Source of the DNA: an uncultured delta proteobacterium
Lineage (GTDB): Bacteria > Desulfobacterota > Desulfobacteria > Desulfobacterales > UBA2156
NCBI GenBank assembly: GCA_963736855.1
Contig: CAVTQK010000015.1
Location: forward strand, 576,509 to 640,508
Direction: 5' to 3'
Length of the DNA: 64,000 nt
Shown: piece by piece, positions 48,846-57,096 of the stretch
Layout: each line of letters starts with the position of its first letter
Numbering within the stretch: position 1 is the stretch's first letter
Made by a program: the position numbers and the translations under genes
Notes under the pieces: model-generated
Database searches by the model: none
The model's input: the letters and a program-made list of their open reading frames with translations, nothing else
Told to the model about the DNA's origin: nothing

Positions 48846-49603
48846 GTATTTTTTCGGATCGAGGGGAAGATGGCTGTTGAGAGCAATCCTGTTTTTGCCA
48901 GCCTGAACAGCATCGCTGTTTTCAGGCAACCCAGGCCGTAGATTATGCTGGGCCATAGCGAAATGGAGGATGCCTCCGCGAAATAGCGGGTAGGACAACT
49001 GATCTCGGCTACGGTGTATCCCGCCCAGATGACCTGGGCGATCATCTGGTTGTCAAACACGAACCCGTTATTGTTTGCATCCAGGGGCAAAGACTCCAGA
49101 AGGCTCCTGGAGAAGGCCCGGTAACCGGTATGGTATTCCGACAGTTTGGCGCCGATAAGTATGTTTTCGGTAAGCGTCAGAAATCGGTTGGCGATATACT
49201 TCCAGAACGGCATGCCGTTTTTTAAGGCATATCCGCCAAGGATTCTTGAACCGAGGACACAATGATAAAGTCCATTGCCGATCAGGGAAGCCATGGCTGG
49301 AATGAGCAACGGTGTGTACTGGTAGTCCGGATGCACCATAATGACGATATCGGCGTCGTTTTCAATAGCCAACCGGTAGCATGATTTCTGGTTGCCGCCA
49401 TAGCCCAGATTATTTTCGTGGGTGTAGACAATCGTTTGGGGGAGTGTGCGGGCGATGGCGACAGTCTTGTCCGTACTGCAGTCATCAACGATAATGACCT
49501 GATCGACAACTCCCTGGGCCATGACCTCTTCGAATGTCCGTTGAAGAGTTGCAGCCGCGTTGTATGCAGGCATTACGACGATGACTTTCCTGTCCTTATA
49601 CAT
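48842..49603 (-). CDS. Family 2 glycosyltransferase
   Basis: VVMPAYNAAATLQRT and IVDDCSTD. ATG 49603 has an AAGAGG RBS. The ORF-track TTG at 49627 is less likely. Confidence 0.85.
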   Translation of the reverse strand: MYKDRKVIVVMPAYNAAATLQRTFEEVMAQGVVDQVIIVDDCSTDKTVAIARTLPQTIVYTHENNLGYGGNQKSCYRLAIENDADIVIMVHPDYQYTPLLIPAMASLIGNGLYHCVLGSRILGGYALKNGMPFWKYIANRFLTLTENILIGAKLSEYHTGYRAFSRSLLESLPLDANNNGFVFDNQMIAQVIWAGYTVAEISCPTRYFAEASSISLWPSIIYGLGCLKTAMLFRLAKTGLLSTAIFPSIRKNT

Positions 49604-49880
49604 CAGGCAGAACCTCTTATTGCACAAATATCTTTAATCGGATTATGATTCAGCCGTTTGGGTTGTTCCCTTTTTCAAGATTATAGAATAGCAAATTGAA
49701 ATGAAAATGACCACTGGTAATAGGTATTAGAAGGATCGAGGCTTTTTATCCCTCAAAATTCGTTGATTCGTCAATCCGCCGGCAACAGGATCGATTGCAG
49801 CATAACGATTTATTATTGAAGACGACCAAAAGATAGATTAAGCTTTGCTTTGATCTTTTTCCATGTGATGATCAAGCACT

Positions 49881-51734
49881 ATGATGAATGTATTTCCGAT
49901 AGCAAAGGGAGAGGTTTGCTCCCGCCTATACCTGACAATTCTGCTGCTGATTGTCGGCAGCTTTTTTGCTGTTTTTCTCGGGACCCAGCTTAACCCGGAC
50001 GGTATCTTATACTTTTCTTATTTGCGATCCGCGTTTTTCGACCGGGATATTCTGCTTGTCAATGAATTCAACGAACTGCAGTTATTGCCTTTGTCGCGCC
50101 ATCTTTCTGCGACGGGACTGGAGGGTAACCCGGTAGCGATCGGGACCTCCATCCTGATGTCGCCTTTTTATGCAACCGCATTTTTAATTGACCGACTTTG
50201 CGGGCTAATGGGCATTGATATCGGAGATCATGGATACTGGGGCATTTATCTTTACGTATTTCCTTTCGGATCGTTGTTTTACGGCTGTCTGACAGGATGG
50301 ATGATTCTGGGAATCTTGAAAAAACAGTATCAGCTATCCCATGCTGCACTTTCCCTCATGCATATCGTACTGGGTACGCCATTTCTCTTTTATTTGGCTG
50401 TTCATTATCATGTTTCCCACCTGTGTTCGGCGTTCAGCGTGACGCTGTTCCTTTATCTATTTGAGACGGTCAGGAACGATGCAAGTCTGGCTGATCGCTA
50501 TTCGACGCATTTTTTTCTTGGCGCGTTGAGCGGTGTCGCCATCCTGGTCCGGACCCAGAACGGATTATTCTGGATCATTCCTTTTTGTTTTTTATTATCC
50601 CGGTTATGGCATACCGGCAATTTTGGGCGCGTTATGATTCAAGGGATCTCTTTTCTTGCCGGCGCCATCATTGCGGTGTCCCCCCAGTTGACGGTCTGGA
50701 AAATACTGCATGGAAGCTGGGTACATGCTCCTGAAGCCGCCAATGTTAATCTTTTTCAGCCCCGCCTGCTGGAAGTTCTGACGTCTTCCTATCATGGTCT
50801 TTTTTTCTGGTCGCCCATTCTTATCATCAGCATTATCGGCCTTTGTTTTTTGGTGCGGATGGATGCAGATCGAGGTATTCCTTTACTGCTCGCGGTACTG
50901 CTGCAATTGATCATCAATGGCTCCATGCGCATGTGGTGGGAAGGGGCTTCATTCGGTTTGCGCCTGTTTATGAATTGCACTCCGATTTTTTGCATCGGGC
51001 TGTCTGTTGCATATACCCAGGTCAAGGCTTCATGGATCCGTATCCTGGGCAGTCTGCTTGTCTTCTGGACCTTCCTGCTGTATCTGAATGTGGTAACAGC
51101 CCGAATTGATCTTAACCGGTTTTATCCGGCCATGGAACTGATCCGGCTTCAAGCACGGCAATTTACCGGTCTGCTGTTTCTGCAGAAACCGGATGCATAT
51201 CTGGCCTTTTTAAAATCCCTGGGGGGTTCGGCGATCCTGGTAGCAGGAGTCGGCATCACGATCATGGCCATAATGCGCCTTCGGAAAACCCTAATCGCTA
51301 TTATTGACCATAGACAGTTATCGACTTTTGGCGTCATGGGGGTGCTGATCGCCGGTATGGGCCTGTCCGGCCTGATTTATTTTCTGGGAATCAACAGTCA
51401 GCATCACAAGCGTTTCTGGCAGGACGACCTGAAAAGAATTGAAAGCGGCATGAACAGCTATTCTTTGTTTTATATCGACTATTGGTTTTACGTCATGCAC
51501 GCCGAATATTTAGCCGCCCTCGGCCGGGAATCGGAAGCGATTCATGAATACTGGAAGGCGCTTCAAATATATCCGACTCCAGGGCTGTATCGGAATTTAA
51601 CTTATCTGCTGGCAAAAAGGGGCCGCCATAAAGAGGCAGGGGATGCTATTCGGCAGGCGCTGGCACGCTGGCCGGATGATCCTCATTTGATCAAGCAGGA
51701 AAAATGGCTGCACGCCATAAGACCGGTGCCATAA
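49881..51734 (+). CDS. Polytopic membrane protein (GT-C/ArnT-like fold candidate) with C-terminal TPR-like repeats
   Basis: 617 aa with many hydrophobic helices. C-terminal YWKALQIYPTPGLYRNLTYLLAKRGRHKEAGDAIRQAL. Glycan-locus context. Confidence 0.6.
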   Translation: MMNVFPIAKGEVCSRLYLTILLLIVGSFFAVFLGTQLNPDGILYFSYLRSAFFDRDILLVNEFNELQLLPLSRHLSATGLEGNPVAIGTSILMSPFYATAFLIDRLCGLMGIDIGDHGYWGIYLYVFPFGSLFYGCLTGWMILGILKKQYQLSHAALSLMHIVLGTPFLFYLAVHYHVSHLCSAFSVTLFLYLFETVRNDASLADRYSTHFFLGALSGVAILVRTQNGLFWIIPFCFLLSRLWHTGNFGRVMIQGISFLAGAIIAVSPQLTVWKILHGSWVHAPEAANVNLFQPRLLEVLTSSYHGLFFWSPILIISIIGLCFLVRMDADRGIPLLLAVLLQLIINGSMRMWWEGASFGLRLFMNCTPIFCIGLSVAYTQVKASWIRILGSLLVFWTFLLYLNVVTARIDLNRFYPAMELIRLQARQFTGLLFLQKPDAYLAFLKSLGGSAILVAGVGITIMAIMRLRKTLIAIIDHRQLSTFGVMGVLIAGMGLSGLIYFLGINSQHHKRFWQDDLKRIESGMNSYSLFYIDYWFYVMHAEYLAALGRESEAIHEYWKALQIYPTPGLYRNLTYLLAKRGRHKEAGDAIRQALARWPDDPHLIKQEKWLHAIRPVP

Positions 51735-51781
51735 GGAAGCAAAACGCCCCTGCCGCATTCAAGCAACAGGGGCGAAAGATT

Positions 51782-51835
51782 CTCCACCATCAATTGATTT
51801 TCGGCAGCTACCCTGCCGTATACTTGGCGCGTAAT
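51782..51835 (+). pseudogene. Short internal remnant of a DUF4143 AAA ATPase gene
   Basis: Encodes HHQLIFGSYPAVYLA, which matches MQHQLIFGSYPAVYIA of the intact ATPase at 57667-57714, with roughly 70% nt identity by eye. No flanking ATPase sequence. Confidence 0.6.
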
Positions 51836-51898
51836 GATGATGTTATCATTTCATTAAATTCTCGATATGGTGTAAAAAAATCCCACCTCTGTGAAAGA

Positions 51899-53410
51899 TC
51901 ATCTCCCTCTTCCCAAAAGCATAACCATCAAGGTATTCAGAAAAATATTGGCATCCAGCGCCAGAGACCAGGTGTCGATATAAAATAAATCCAGCCGCAT
52001 CCATTCATCAAAGCTCATATCATGTTTTTTTTGGCCGATTTGCCACAGACAGGTCATCCCCGGTTTCATGGAAAGGCGACGTCGTTGCCATATTTCATAT
52101 CTCTCCACCTCAGACGGTATGGGAGGTCTTGGACCAATAAGACTCATTTCTCCCTTTAAAACATTAATCAGCTGAGGCAACTCATCGATGAAAGTCCTTC
52201 TTAAAAAAGTTCCCACATAAGGAACAATGCGCGGGTCCTTTTTCATCTTGAAAACCGGCCCCTCGGCTTCATTGAGAGCATCAAGGTCTTTTTGCATTTT
52301 ATCCGCACCCTCAATCATGGTCCTGAATTTATAGACGTCAAAGATCCGTCCATTCCGACCACAGCGGCGTTGTTTATAAAAAACCGGTCCACGAGATGAA
52401 ATTTTAATGGCAATCGCAATCAGTAAAAACAAAGGAAAAAGAAAAATGAGAATTACTGCCGCAAAAACATAATCGATGCCGCTTTTGATCAGGAGTGCTT
52501 CCCGGCTTGGCGGTACGGCACTCAAGATAATCGTGGCAAGACCGGAGAAGACTTCAAATTCGATGAATGAAATGGCAGGATTATAAATGAGATCCTTGAT
52601 CTGCCAGTCCGGAATGATTCGTACAGGAATCCCGACTTTTCCGGCAAAGGCGATGTGTTGCTCTATCTTTCTTATGAGGTGAAGCGGCATGGCGATAAAA
52701 ATTTCGTCTATGGGGTTTTCAAGAACGATATTCTGAAAAGAATCCAGAGTGGCCAGGACTTTATAGCCATTAATTACTGTTTTGCCGATCGCTTCATCAT
52801 CTACGTCGATGCAACCGAAAATCTTGTATTTCGGCATTGCCTTCTTAACGACAGGAAGGTGAGAGCAGGTCGCATCCGTCTGCCTTTTGTTGTCCCTTTC
52901 TCCCTCTATTGCACAAATGACATCTTTTGCCCTTTCCCTGCTTCCGACAATTAAAATATTATGCAAACGATACTGAGTCTTTGGGGGATTGGTTAATTTT
53001 CTATATATGATATATTTACTGACCGTAAGAAAACCAAAATTCAAAAAGAAAAAAATACCCATTAGTATTCGGCTTATGTCCTTAATGCCTATTAAAAACA
53101 CAATCAATATCAATATTAAATTGCTTGTTGAAATCGCCTTCAGGATATTAAAGAAGATGGTTGAAAATGACTGTTTGAGATAGGAACTATATAAGCCGAA
53201 AGCTTCAAAAAGGATGTACCAAATGATAATTATCAGCAAGAGAACGATATAATAATTCGGAGATTCGGCCAGACCTTGAAACGGTCCGGGAAGGAAATAT
53301 TTTTTAATAAAATATGCCCATATAAAAGCGGCTATGGTCAAAAAAAGGTCAAGAATGCCGTGGAGTCTTAAAGATAATGTATTTCTTCTGATATCATCCA
53401 TATGATTCAA
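51899..53410 (-). CDS. Polyprenyl-phosphate glycosyl-1-phosphate transferase (WbaP-like initiating enzyme)
   Basis: N-terminal TM bundle, central domain, and C-terminal bacterial sugar transferase domain (GPVFYKQRRCGRNGRIFDVYKFRTM, PQLINVLKGEMSLIGPRP). Confidence 0.88.
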   Translation of the reverse strand: MNHMDDIRRNTLSLRLHGILDLFLTIAAFIWAYFIKKYFLPGPFQGLAESPNYYIVLLLIIIIWYILFEAFGLYSSYLKQSFSTIFFNILKAISTSNLILILIVFLIGIKDISRILMGIFFFLNFGFLTVSKYIIYRKLTNPPKTQYRLHNILIVGSRERAKDVICAIEGERDNKRQTDATCSHLPVVKKAMPKYKIFGCIDVDDEAIGKTVINGYKVLATLDSFQNIVLENPIDEIFIAMPLHLIRKIEQHIAFAGKVGIPVRIIPDWQIKDLIYNPAISFIEFEVFSGLATIILSAVPPSREALLIKSGIDYVFAAVILIFLFPLFLLIAIAIKISSRGPVFYKQRRCGRNGRIFDVYKFRTMIEGADKMQKDLDALNEAEGPVFKMKKDPRIVPYVGTFLRRTFIDELPQLINVLKGEMSLIGPRPPIPSEVERYEIWQRRRLSMKPGMTCLWQIGQKKHDMSFDEWMRLDLFYIDTWSLALDANIFLNTLMVMLLGRGR

Positions 53411-53504
53411 TATCCTGTCGACAACTCACTTTACAGTTTTTGGTTAATAGAGTGATATCGCCACATTTTTTGAGATGGAAAAGTCTGCAAAAAGGATGCA
53501 AAAG

Positions 53505-53585
53505 ATTGGTCTGTCCGGCCCCGTCAAAATGGGCTTTGCCCTTCGCTGCGCGAATTTCACGGGGTAAATCTGTTTGTTCGGGAGG
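53505..53585 (+). repeat. Island repeat R1
   Basis: TTGGTCTGTCCGG-CCCCGTCAAAAT-GGGCTTTGCCC-TTCGCTGCGCGAA-TTTCACGGGG-TAAATCTGTTTGTTCGGGAGG. Lies 87 nt beyond the stop of the RelE-like gene. Confidence 0.85.
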
Positions 53586-53671
53586 ATTGGAGAGAGAGAA
53601 AGAGTCATAAAAGACGCGGAAGAAGAGCACGTGATCCGAGTATCTAAACACAAAATGGGTGGGAATAGGGG

Positions 53672-53986
53672 TCAATCGATTCCATAAGCGGCATCATGCG
53701 GTCCAAGCAGTACAAACTTGACGGTTGCGCCGGGTGTTTCCCGACAATCTGAACATCGGATGGCCACATCGTCCCCTTTTTTTCGGCAGGTTTCGCAAAA
53801 CAGGTAAATGATGATGAAATTCCGTTTTACCGGGCAGGAATAAAAACCTTGCCAGTTCCCCTTTAACGGTTCCCCCATGGCGATGGGGTTCTGAAGAATC
53901 ATGTCGACTTTGTTTTTAACGAGTTTCTTGATGGACGAGTATTTCTTTACCGATTTCAGGAAGGCGGCTTCAAATCGGGCTTCCAT
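53672..53986 (-). CDS. RelE/ParE-superfamily toxin with an inserted CxxC...CxxC element
   Basis: GEPLKGNWQGFYSCPVKRNFIIIY resembles the RelE core. The insertion is CETCRKKGDDVAIRCSDC. Overlaps the upstream antitoxin gene by 1 nt. Confidence 0.65.
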   Translation of the reverse strand: MEARFEAAFLKSVKKYSSIKKLVKNKVDMILQNPIAMGEPLKGNWQGFYSCPVKRNFIIIYLFCETCRKKGDDVAIRCSDCRETPGATVKFVLLGPHDAAYGID

Positions 53987-54243
53987 CAGTCGCCGAAGAC
54001 CTCTTCATAGGAGTGCCATACAGCCGTTCCTTTTTGAAGTCGGACCAAAACGTCTTTCATCGCCGCATGGAAGACAGGATCGCTTAGAATGACCTCCGTG
54101 TCTCTTCCTTCCGCTTTTCGTTTCAAGGTGAGCATGTATTGAGTCACGACATCGGCCACAGTGGTTCGGTTTTCAGCGGCGAACACCTTGATGAAATCGG
54201 CAAGATCCTGATCGAGGCTGATGTTTATGCGTGTTTTTGGCAT
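53986..54243 (-). CDS. Ribbon-helix-helix (CopG-like) antitoxin
   Basis: MPKTRINISLDQDLADFIKVFAAENRTTVADVV is a typical RHH N-terminus. AAGGAGG RBS. Confidence 0.65.
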   Translation of the reverse strand: MPKTRINISLDQDLADFIKVFAAENRTTVADVVTQYMLTLKRKAEGRDTEVILSDPVFHAAMKDVLVRLQKGTAVWHSYEEVFGD

Positions 54244-54269
54244 AACGAACCTCCTTTCTGTATGTTCCC

Positions 54270-54298
54270 ATCATACACACGAAAGGAATCAATGTCAA
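54270..54298 (-). promoter_or_regulatory. Sigma70-like promoter of the RHH/RelE module
   Basis: On the minus strand: TTGACA (54298-54293), a 17-nt spacer, then TATGAT (54275-54270). Confidence 0.45.
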
Positions 54299-54336
54299 TC
54301 AACTCTTTGATCCCGATATAATAAATATGAATCTGC

Positions 54337-54425
54337 ATTGGTCTATTTGGTCTACCTGCCCCGGTGAAATGGGCTTTGCCCTTCGCTATGCGAATTTCAC
54401 TATGTGACTCTATTTGGCCGGGAGG
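54337..54425 (+). repeat. Island repeat R2
   Basis: ATTGGTCTATTTGGTCTACCTG-CCCCGGTGAAAT-GGGCTTTGCCC-TTCGCTATGCGAA-TTTCAC...TCTATTTGGCCGGGAGG. Its right end overlaps the last codons and stop (54410) of the ATPase gene. Confidence 0.85.
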
Positions 54426-55594
54426 GTTGAGATAAATCCATGAATCATAATGTTTTGTATAGAAATGTCATCAAGTTGATACCTTTCTTCGCCGTCATAT
54501 AGGACATATCCGTTCCGGCATCTGTCTTTGGTGAGATTCCTGAAATGACCGATTCCTTTTAAAAAATCTTTTGTAAAGGTGGATCCCGATTTGATTTCAA
54601 TAGGTATGAGTTGTCTTTGCTTTTTGATTAACAGATCCACTTCGTTTCCATGGGTGTCGCGATAAAAAAACAATTGGGGACGTATTCCAAGATTGTATTG
54701 GGATTTTAAAATTTCAAGTATCACGAAGTTTTCATACAACCCTCCCCGGAGAGGATCCCGTTTGGCCTGGTTTGAAGTTTCAATCCCCAGCAGATGAGAA
54801 ACCAGGCCGGTGTCAGTAAAATAGATTTTTGGAGATTTGACCACCCGCTTGTTGATATTTTCAAAAAACGGCTGCAATTCAAATATGACAAATGAGGCTT
54901 GTAACACACTGATCCAGTTTTTGATGGAAGTGCCGGAAAGGCCGATATCATTGCCAAGGGATGTGTAGTTGACAATCTGGCCGATGCGTCCTGCCAGCAG
55001 GCCAAGGAATTGTTGAAACAGATTCAGGTTTTTGACATTGATAAGCGTTCTTACATCCCGTTCCACATAGGTTTGAACATATCCATTGTAGAAGCGGCCG
55101 GGGCTGAGGCCTTTATGATGCAGGCGAGGGAAGGACCCTTTGACTATGATCTCAAATGCATCCCATTTTTTTTTATAACTGAAAAGTTCCGACAGGGAAA
55201 AAGGGAGCAGGGTCAGCAGGGCTGTCCTTCCTGCCAGGGTCTGGCTGATTGCCTGATGGACATCTGGCTGATGGCTGCCGGTAAGAATGAACATACCGGG
55301 TTTTTGTTTTTCATCGACAATCCCCTGGATATAGGACAACAATACGGGCAGGCGTTGTATTTCATCAAGTATTGCGCCGTGAGGGATATTTTTCAGGAAT
55401 CCCCGGGGATCGGTTTCCGCAGCCATACGTACGTCCGGATTTTCCATGGAGTAGTATGGTTTATCAGGAAATGTCATTCTGACCAGAGTGGTTTTTCCGG
55501 ATTGCCGTGGCCCAAAAACAGTGACAATCGGATATTCTGCTGCGGACTCAGTCAGTTCTTTTGTTATCTCGCGAATGATCATGGACGGGATCAT
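54410..55594 (-). CDS. AAA ATPase with DUF4143 C-terminal domain (paralog 1)
   Basis: Walker A GPRQSGKTT, Walker B-like GAILDEIQ, and a DUF4143-type C-terminus. 394 aa. Confidence 0.85.
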   Translation of the reverse strand: MIPSMIIREITKELTESAAEYPIVTVFGPRQSGKTTLVRMTFPDKPYYSMENPDVRMAAETDPRGFLKNIPHGAILDEIQRLPVLLSYIQGIVDEKQKPGMFILTGSHQPDVHQAISQTLAGRTALLTLLPFSLSELFSYKKKWDAFEIIVKGSFPRLHHKGLSPGRFYNGYVQTYVERDVRTLINVKNLNLFQQFLGLLAGRIGQIVNYTSLGNDIGLSGTSIKNWISVLQASFVIFELQPFFENINKRVVKSPKIYFTDTGLVSHLLGIETSNQAKRDPLRGGLYENFVILEILKSQYNLGIRPQLFFYRDTHGNEVDLLIKKQRQLIPIEIKSGSTFTKDFLKGIGHFRNLTKDRCRNGYVLYDGEERYQLDDISIQNIMIHGFISTLPAK

Positions 55595-55601
55595 ATCTTT
55601 A

Positions 55602-55640
55602 TTTGTGAAAAAATCAAGTTGTATTTTATATTTTCACAAA
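55602..55640. promoter_or_regulatory. 10-bp inverted repeat upstream of ATPase paralog 1
   Basis: TTTGTGAAAA (55602-55611) and TTTTCACAAA (55631-55640), located within 50 nt of the start codon. Confidence 0.3.
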
Positions 55641-55660
55641 AATCAGGAGTGGGATGGAGA

Positions 55661-55767
55661 GGTCTATCTGGTCTATCCGGCCCCGGTGAAATGGGCTTTG
55701 CCCTTCGCTGAGCGAATTTCAAGGGGTGAATCTGTTTGGTCGGCGGATGGTCTGTCGGTTTCCCCAG
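55661..55767 (+). repeat. Island repeat R3 (long form)
   Basis: GGTCTATCTGGTCTATCCGG-CCCCGGTGAAAT-GGGCTTTGCCC-TTCGCTGAGCGAA-TTTCAAGGGG-TGAATCTGTTTGGTCGGCGGATGGTCTGTCGGTTTCCCCAGC. Directly abuts the higA stop. Confidence 0.85.
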
Positions 55768-56115
55768 CTATATTCTCAGGTGTTGTTCATCTAACCCTAA
55801 GGCGGCGCCGATTTTTATCAGGGTCGCGATATGCAGCCGGGCACGAGGACGCTCGTATTTAACAACAGCCGCCTGAGAAACGCCCAATCGTGAAGCTAAT
55901 TCCTTTTGGGTGATACCGAGATATTCCCGCCACGCCCGGATCATTGAATCATTCCGGAGAACGTGTGCTTCAACAACTTCCTGAGGAATGCCTGCGGCAC
56001 GCGCTTTTTCAGCATCCAGAAGGGGCTTGATTCGGCACCATTCATCCCATGGGATCAGAACATATGCAGGTTTTCCGCAATATTCGATTTTTTGGTATTC
56101 AATAGGTGTGCTCAT
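55768..56115 (-). CDS. higA: HigA-like antitoxin (XRE-family HTH)
   Basis: HTH LGITQKELASRLGVSQAAVVKYE. Located downstream of and overlapping the toxin gene, in the HigBA gene order. Confidence 0.8.
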   Translation of the reverse strand: MSTPIEYQKIEYCGKPAYVLIPWDEWCRIKPLLDAEKARAAGIPQEVVEAHVLRNDSMIRAWREYLGITQKELASRLGVSQAAVVKYERPRARLHIATLIKIGAALGLDEQHLRI

Positions 56116-56353
56116 TACGCTTTCTTACCTCCTCGATACTGACAATGTTGACTTCCTCAAAAACGTTGAACAGAACCCGCCAATTACCGACTCTAAGGCG
56201 ATAACCATATTCATGGATCACCAACCTTTTCATGTTGGGTCCATCAGGGAAGGCAGACAATCCCCGAGTCGCATCAAGAATCCGTTCTTGAATCGTACGA
56301 TCACCAATCTTTGTTAATTGTTTTAACGCCTTGGGTTGCCATATAACTTTCAT
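56099..56353 (-). CDS. higB: RelE/HigB-family toxin
   Basis: 84 aa with YRLRVGNWRVLF and IVSIEEVRKRNE motifs. Confidence 0.8.
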   Translation of the reverse strand: MKVIWQPKALKQLTKIGDRTIQERILDATRGLSAFPDGPNMKRLVIHEYGYRLRVGNWRVLFNVFEEVNIVSIEEVRKRNEHTY

Positions 56354-56371
56354 TTCACAGCTATTTTAACT

Positions 56372-56405
56372 TAATATAACCTTTTGTCAATATGAAAGGT
56401 TATAT
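56372..56405. promoter_or_regulatory. Operator and promoter of higBA
   Basis: Perfect 12-bp inverted repeat AATATAACCTTT (56372-56383) / AAAGGTTATATT (56394-56405) flanking a minus-strand TTGACA. TAAAAT lies 16 nt downstream on the minus strand. Confidence 0.5.
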
Positions 56406-56419
56406 TTGATCAATTCGAC

Positions 56420-56503
56420 TCTGGCGAAATGGGCTTTGCCTTTCGCTGCGCGAATTTCACGGGTAAATCTGTCTGGTATGGATGGTCTGTCGGTTTCCCC
56501 AGC
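56420..56503 (+). repeat. Island repeat R4 (left arm degenerate)
   Basis: CTCTGGCGAAAT-GGGCTTTGCCT-TTCGCTGCGCGAA-TTTCACGGG-TAAATCTGTCTGGTATGGATGGTCTGTCGGTTTCCCCAGC. Shares the long right extension with R3. Confidence 0.8.
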
Positions 56504-56547
56504 TAGATTTTCAAGCCATGGGATCAGAACATATGCAGGTTTTCCGC
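56497..56547 (-). pseudogene. Internally deleted remnant of a second higA copy
   Basis: 56516-56547 is identical to 56046-56077 (higA codons GKPAYVLIPW). It is fused directly to a near copy of the last higA codons plus the R-repeat extension (compare 55759-55779). Confidence 0.65.
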
Positions 56548-56575
56548 TTGACAAGCTTTTAATCAAATGTATACT
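56548..56575 (+). promoter_or_regulatory. Sigma70-like promoter of the phd/yefM module
   Basis: TTGACA (56548-56553), a 16-nt spacer, then TATACT (56570-56575). Followed by two direct ATGTACAAAA repeats 20 nt apart and an AAGGAG RBS. Confidence 0.5.
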
Positions 56576-56626
56576 ATATGTACAAAATAAACAATTTGAT
56601 TATCATGTACAAAAGGAGATCACTGA

Positions 56627-56878
56627 ATGATAAATAAAGTAACAACGGCTGACGTAAGAAAAAATTTATCTCATATTATCAATAAGGTGGCATATGGAAA
56701 AGAATCCTTTGTGCTGACCCGAAGAGGCCAAGCGGTCGCTGCGCTCGTCTCCATCGATGATCTGAAACTCATTGGGGACATTGAAGAGCTTCTAGATATC
56801 GAAGATGCTTGGAAAGCCCGAAATGAAACGGGTGAAAACATCCCTTGGGAAACGCTAAGAGCGGAGCTTAACCTTTGA
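56627..56878 (+). CDS. Phd/YefM-family antitoxin
   Basis: KVTTADVRKNLSHIINKVAYGKESFVLTRRGQAVAALVSIDD is a typical Phd/YefM N-terminus. Overlaps the toxin start by 4 nt. Confidence 0.8.
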   Translation: MINKVTTADVRKNLSHIINKVAYGKESFVLTRRGQAVAALVSIDDLKLIGDIEELLDIEDAWKARNETGENIPWETLRAELNL

Positions 56879-57063
56879 AATACAGGGTTGAATTTAAACA
56901 ATCAGCAGCAAACGCCTTAAAAAAGCTGCCAAAATCAGAAAAGAAGCGTATTGGGGAAAAAATAGACTCGCTATCAGAAGCACTTCCGGACAGCAGATTG
57001 ACAAAAATGAAAGGGGAAAACCCCTCGGTTTTAATCCAAATAAACCCGGCTGATTATGATTGA
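56875..57063 (+). pseudogene. Truncated RelE/ParE-family toxin
   Basis: MKYRVEFKQSAANALKKLPKSEKKRIGEKIDSL... is a RelE/ParE N-terminus. The catalytic C-terminal half is missing, with a TGA after ...INPADYD. The ATPase gene starts 34 nt later in the same frame. Confidence 0.55.
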
Positions 57064-57096
57064 CAATCGATTTTAGATGGCTTAATAACCATTTTC

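Noticed and set aside
53394-53675. 93-aa minus-strand ORF (and overlapping 69-aa ORF) between wbaP and the RelE-like gene
   Set aside because: It reads through repeat R1 (PREIRAAKGKAHFDGAG is the repeat translated). It has no RBS, and similar pseudo-peptides appear at the other repeat copies.
53505-56503. R1-R4 as a CRISPR array
   Set aside because: The copies are 750-1300 bp apart with full genes between them. They are 80-110 nt long and carry flanking direct repeats. No cas genes are present.
53505-56503. R1-R4 as classical integron attC sites
   Set aside because: The cassette-like layout is suggestive. However, I cannot find the RYYYAAC / GTTRRRY R-box pair at the ends on either strand, and no intI is in the window. 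I keep it as a hypothesis to test with the attC covariance model, not as a call.
57064-57096. Read-through fusion of the truncated RelE/ParE ORF with ATPase paralog 2 (same frame, single TGA between them)
   Set aside because: The same frame may be coincidence. The ATPase N-terminus (LFLLNPW..., P-loop spacing) is complete from ATG 57097, and no recoding signal is evident.
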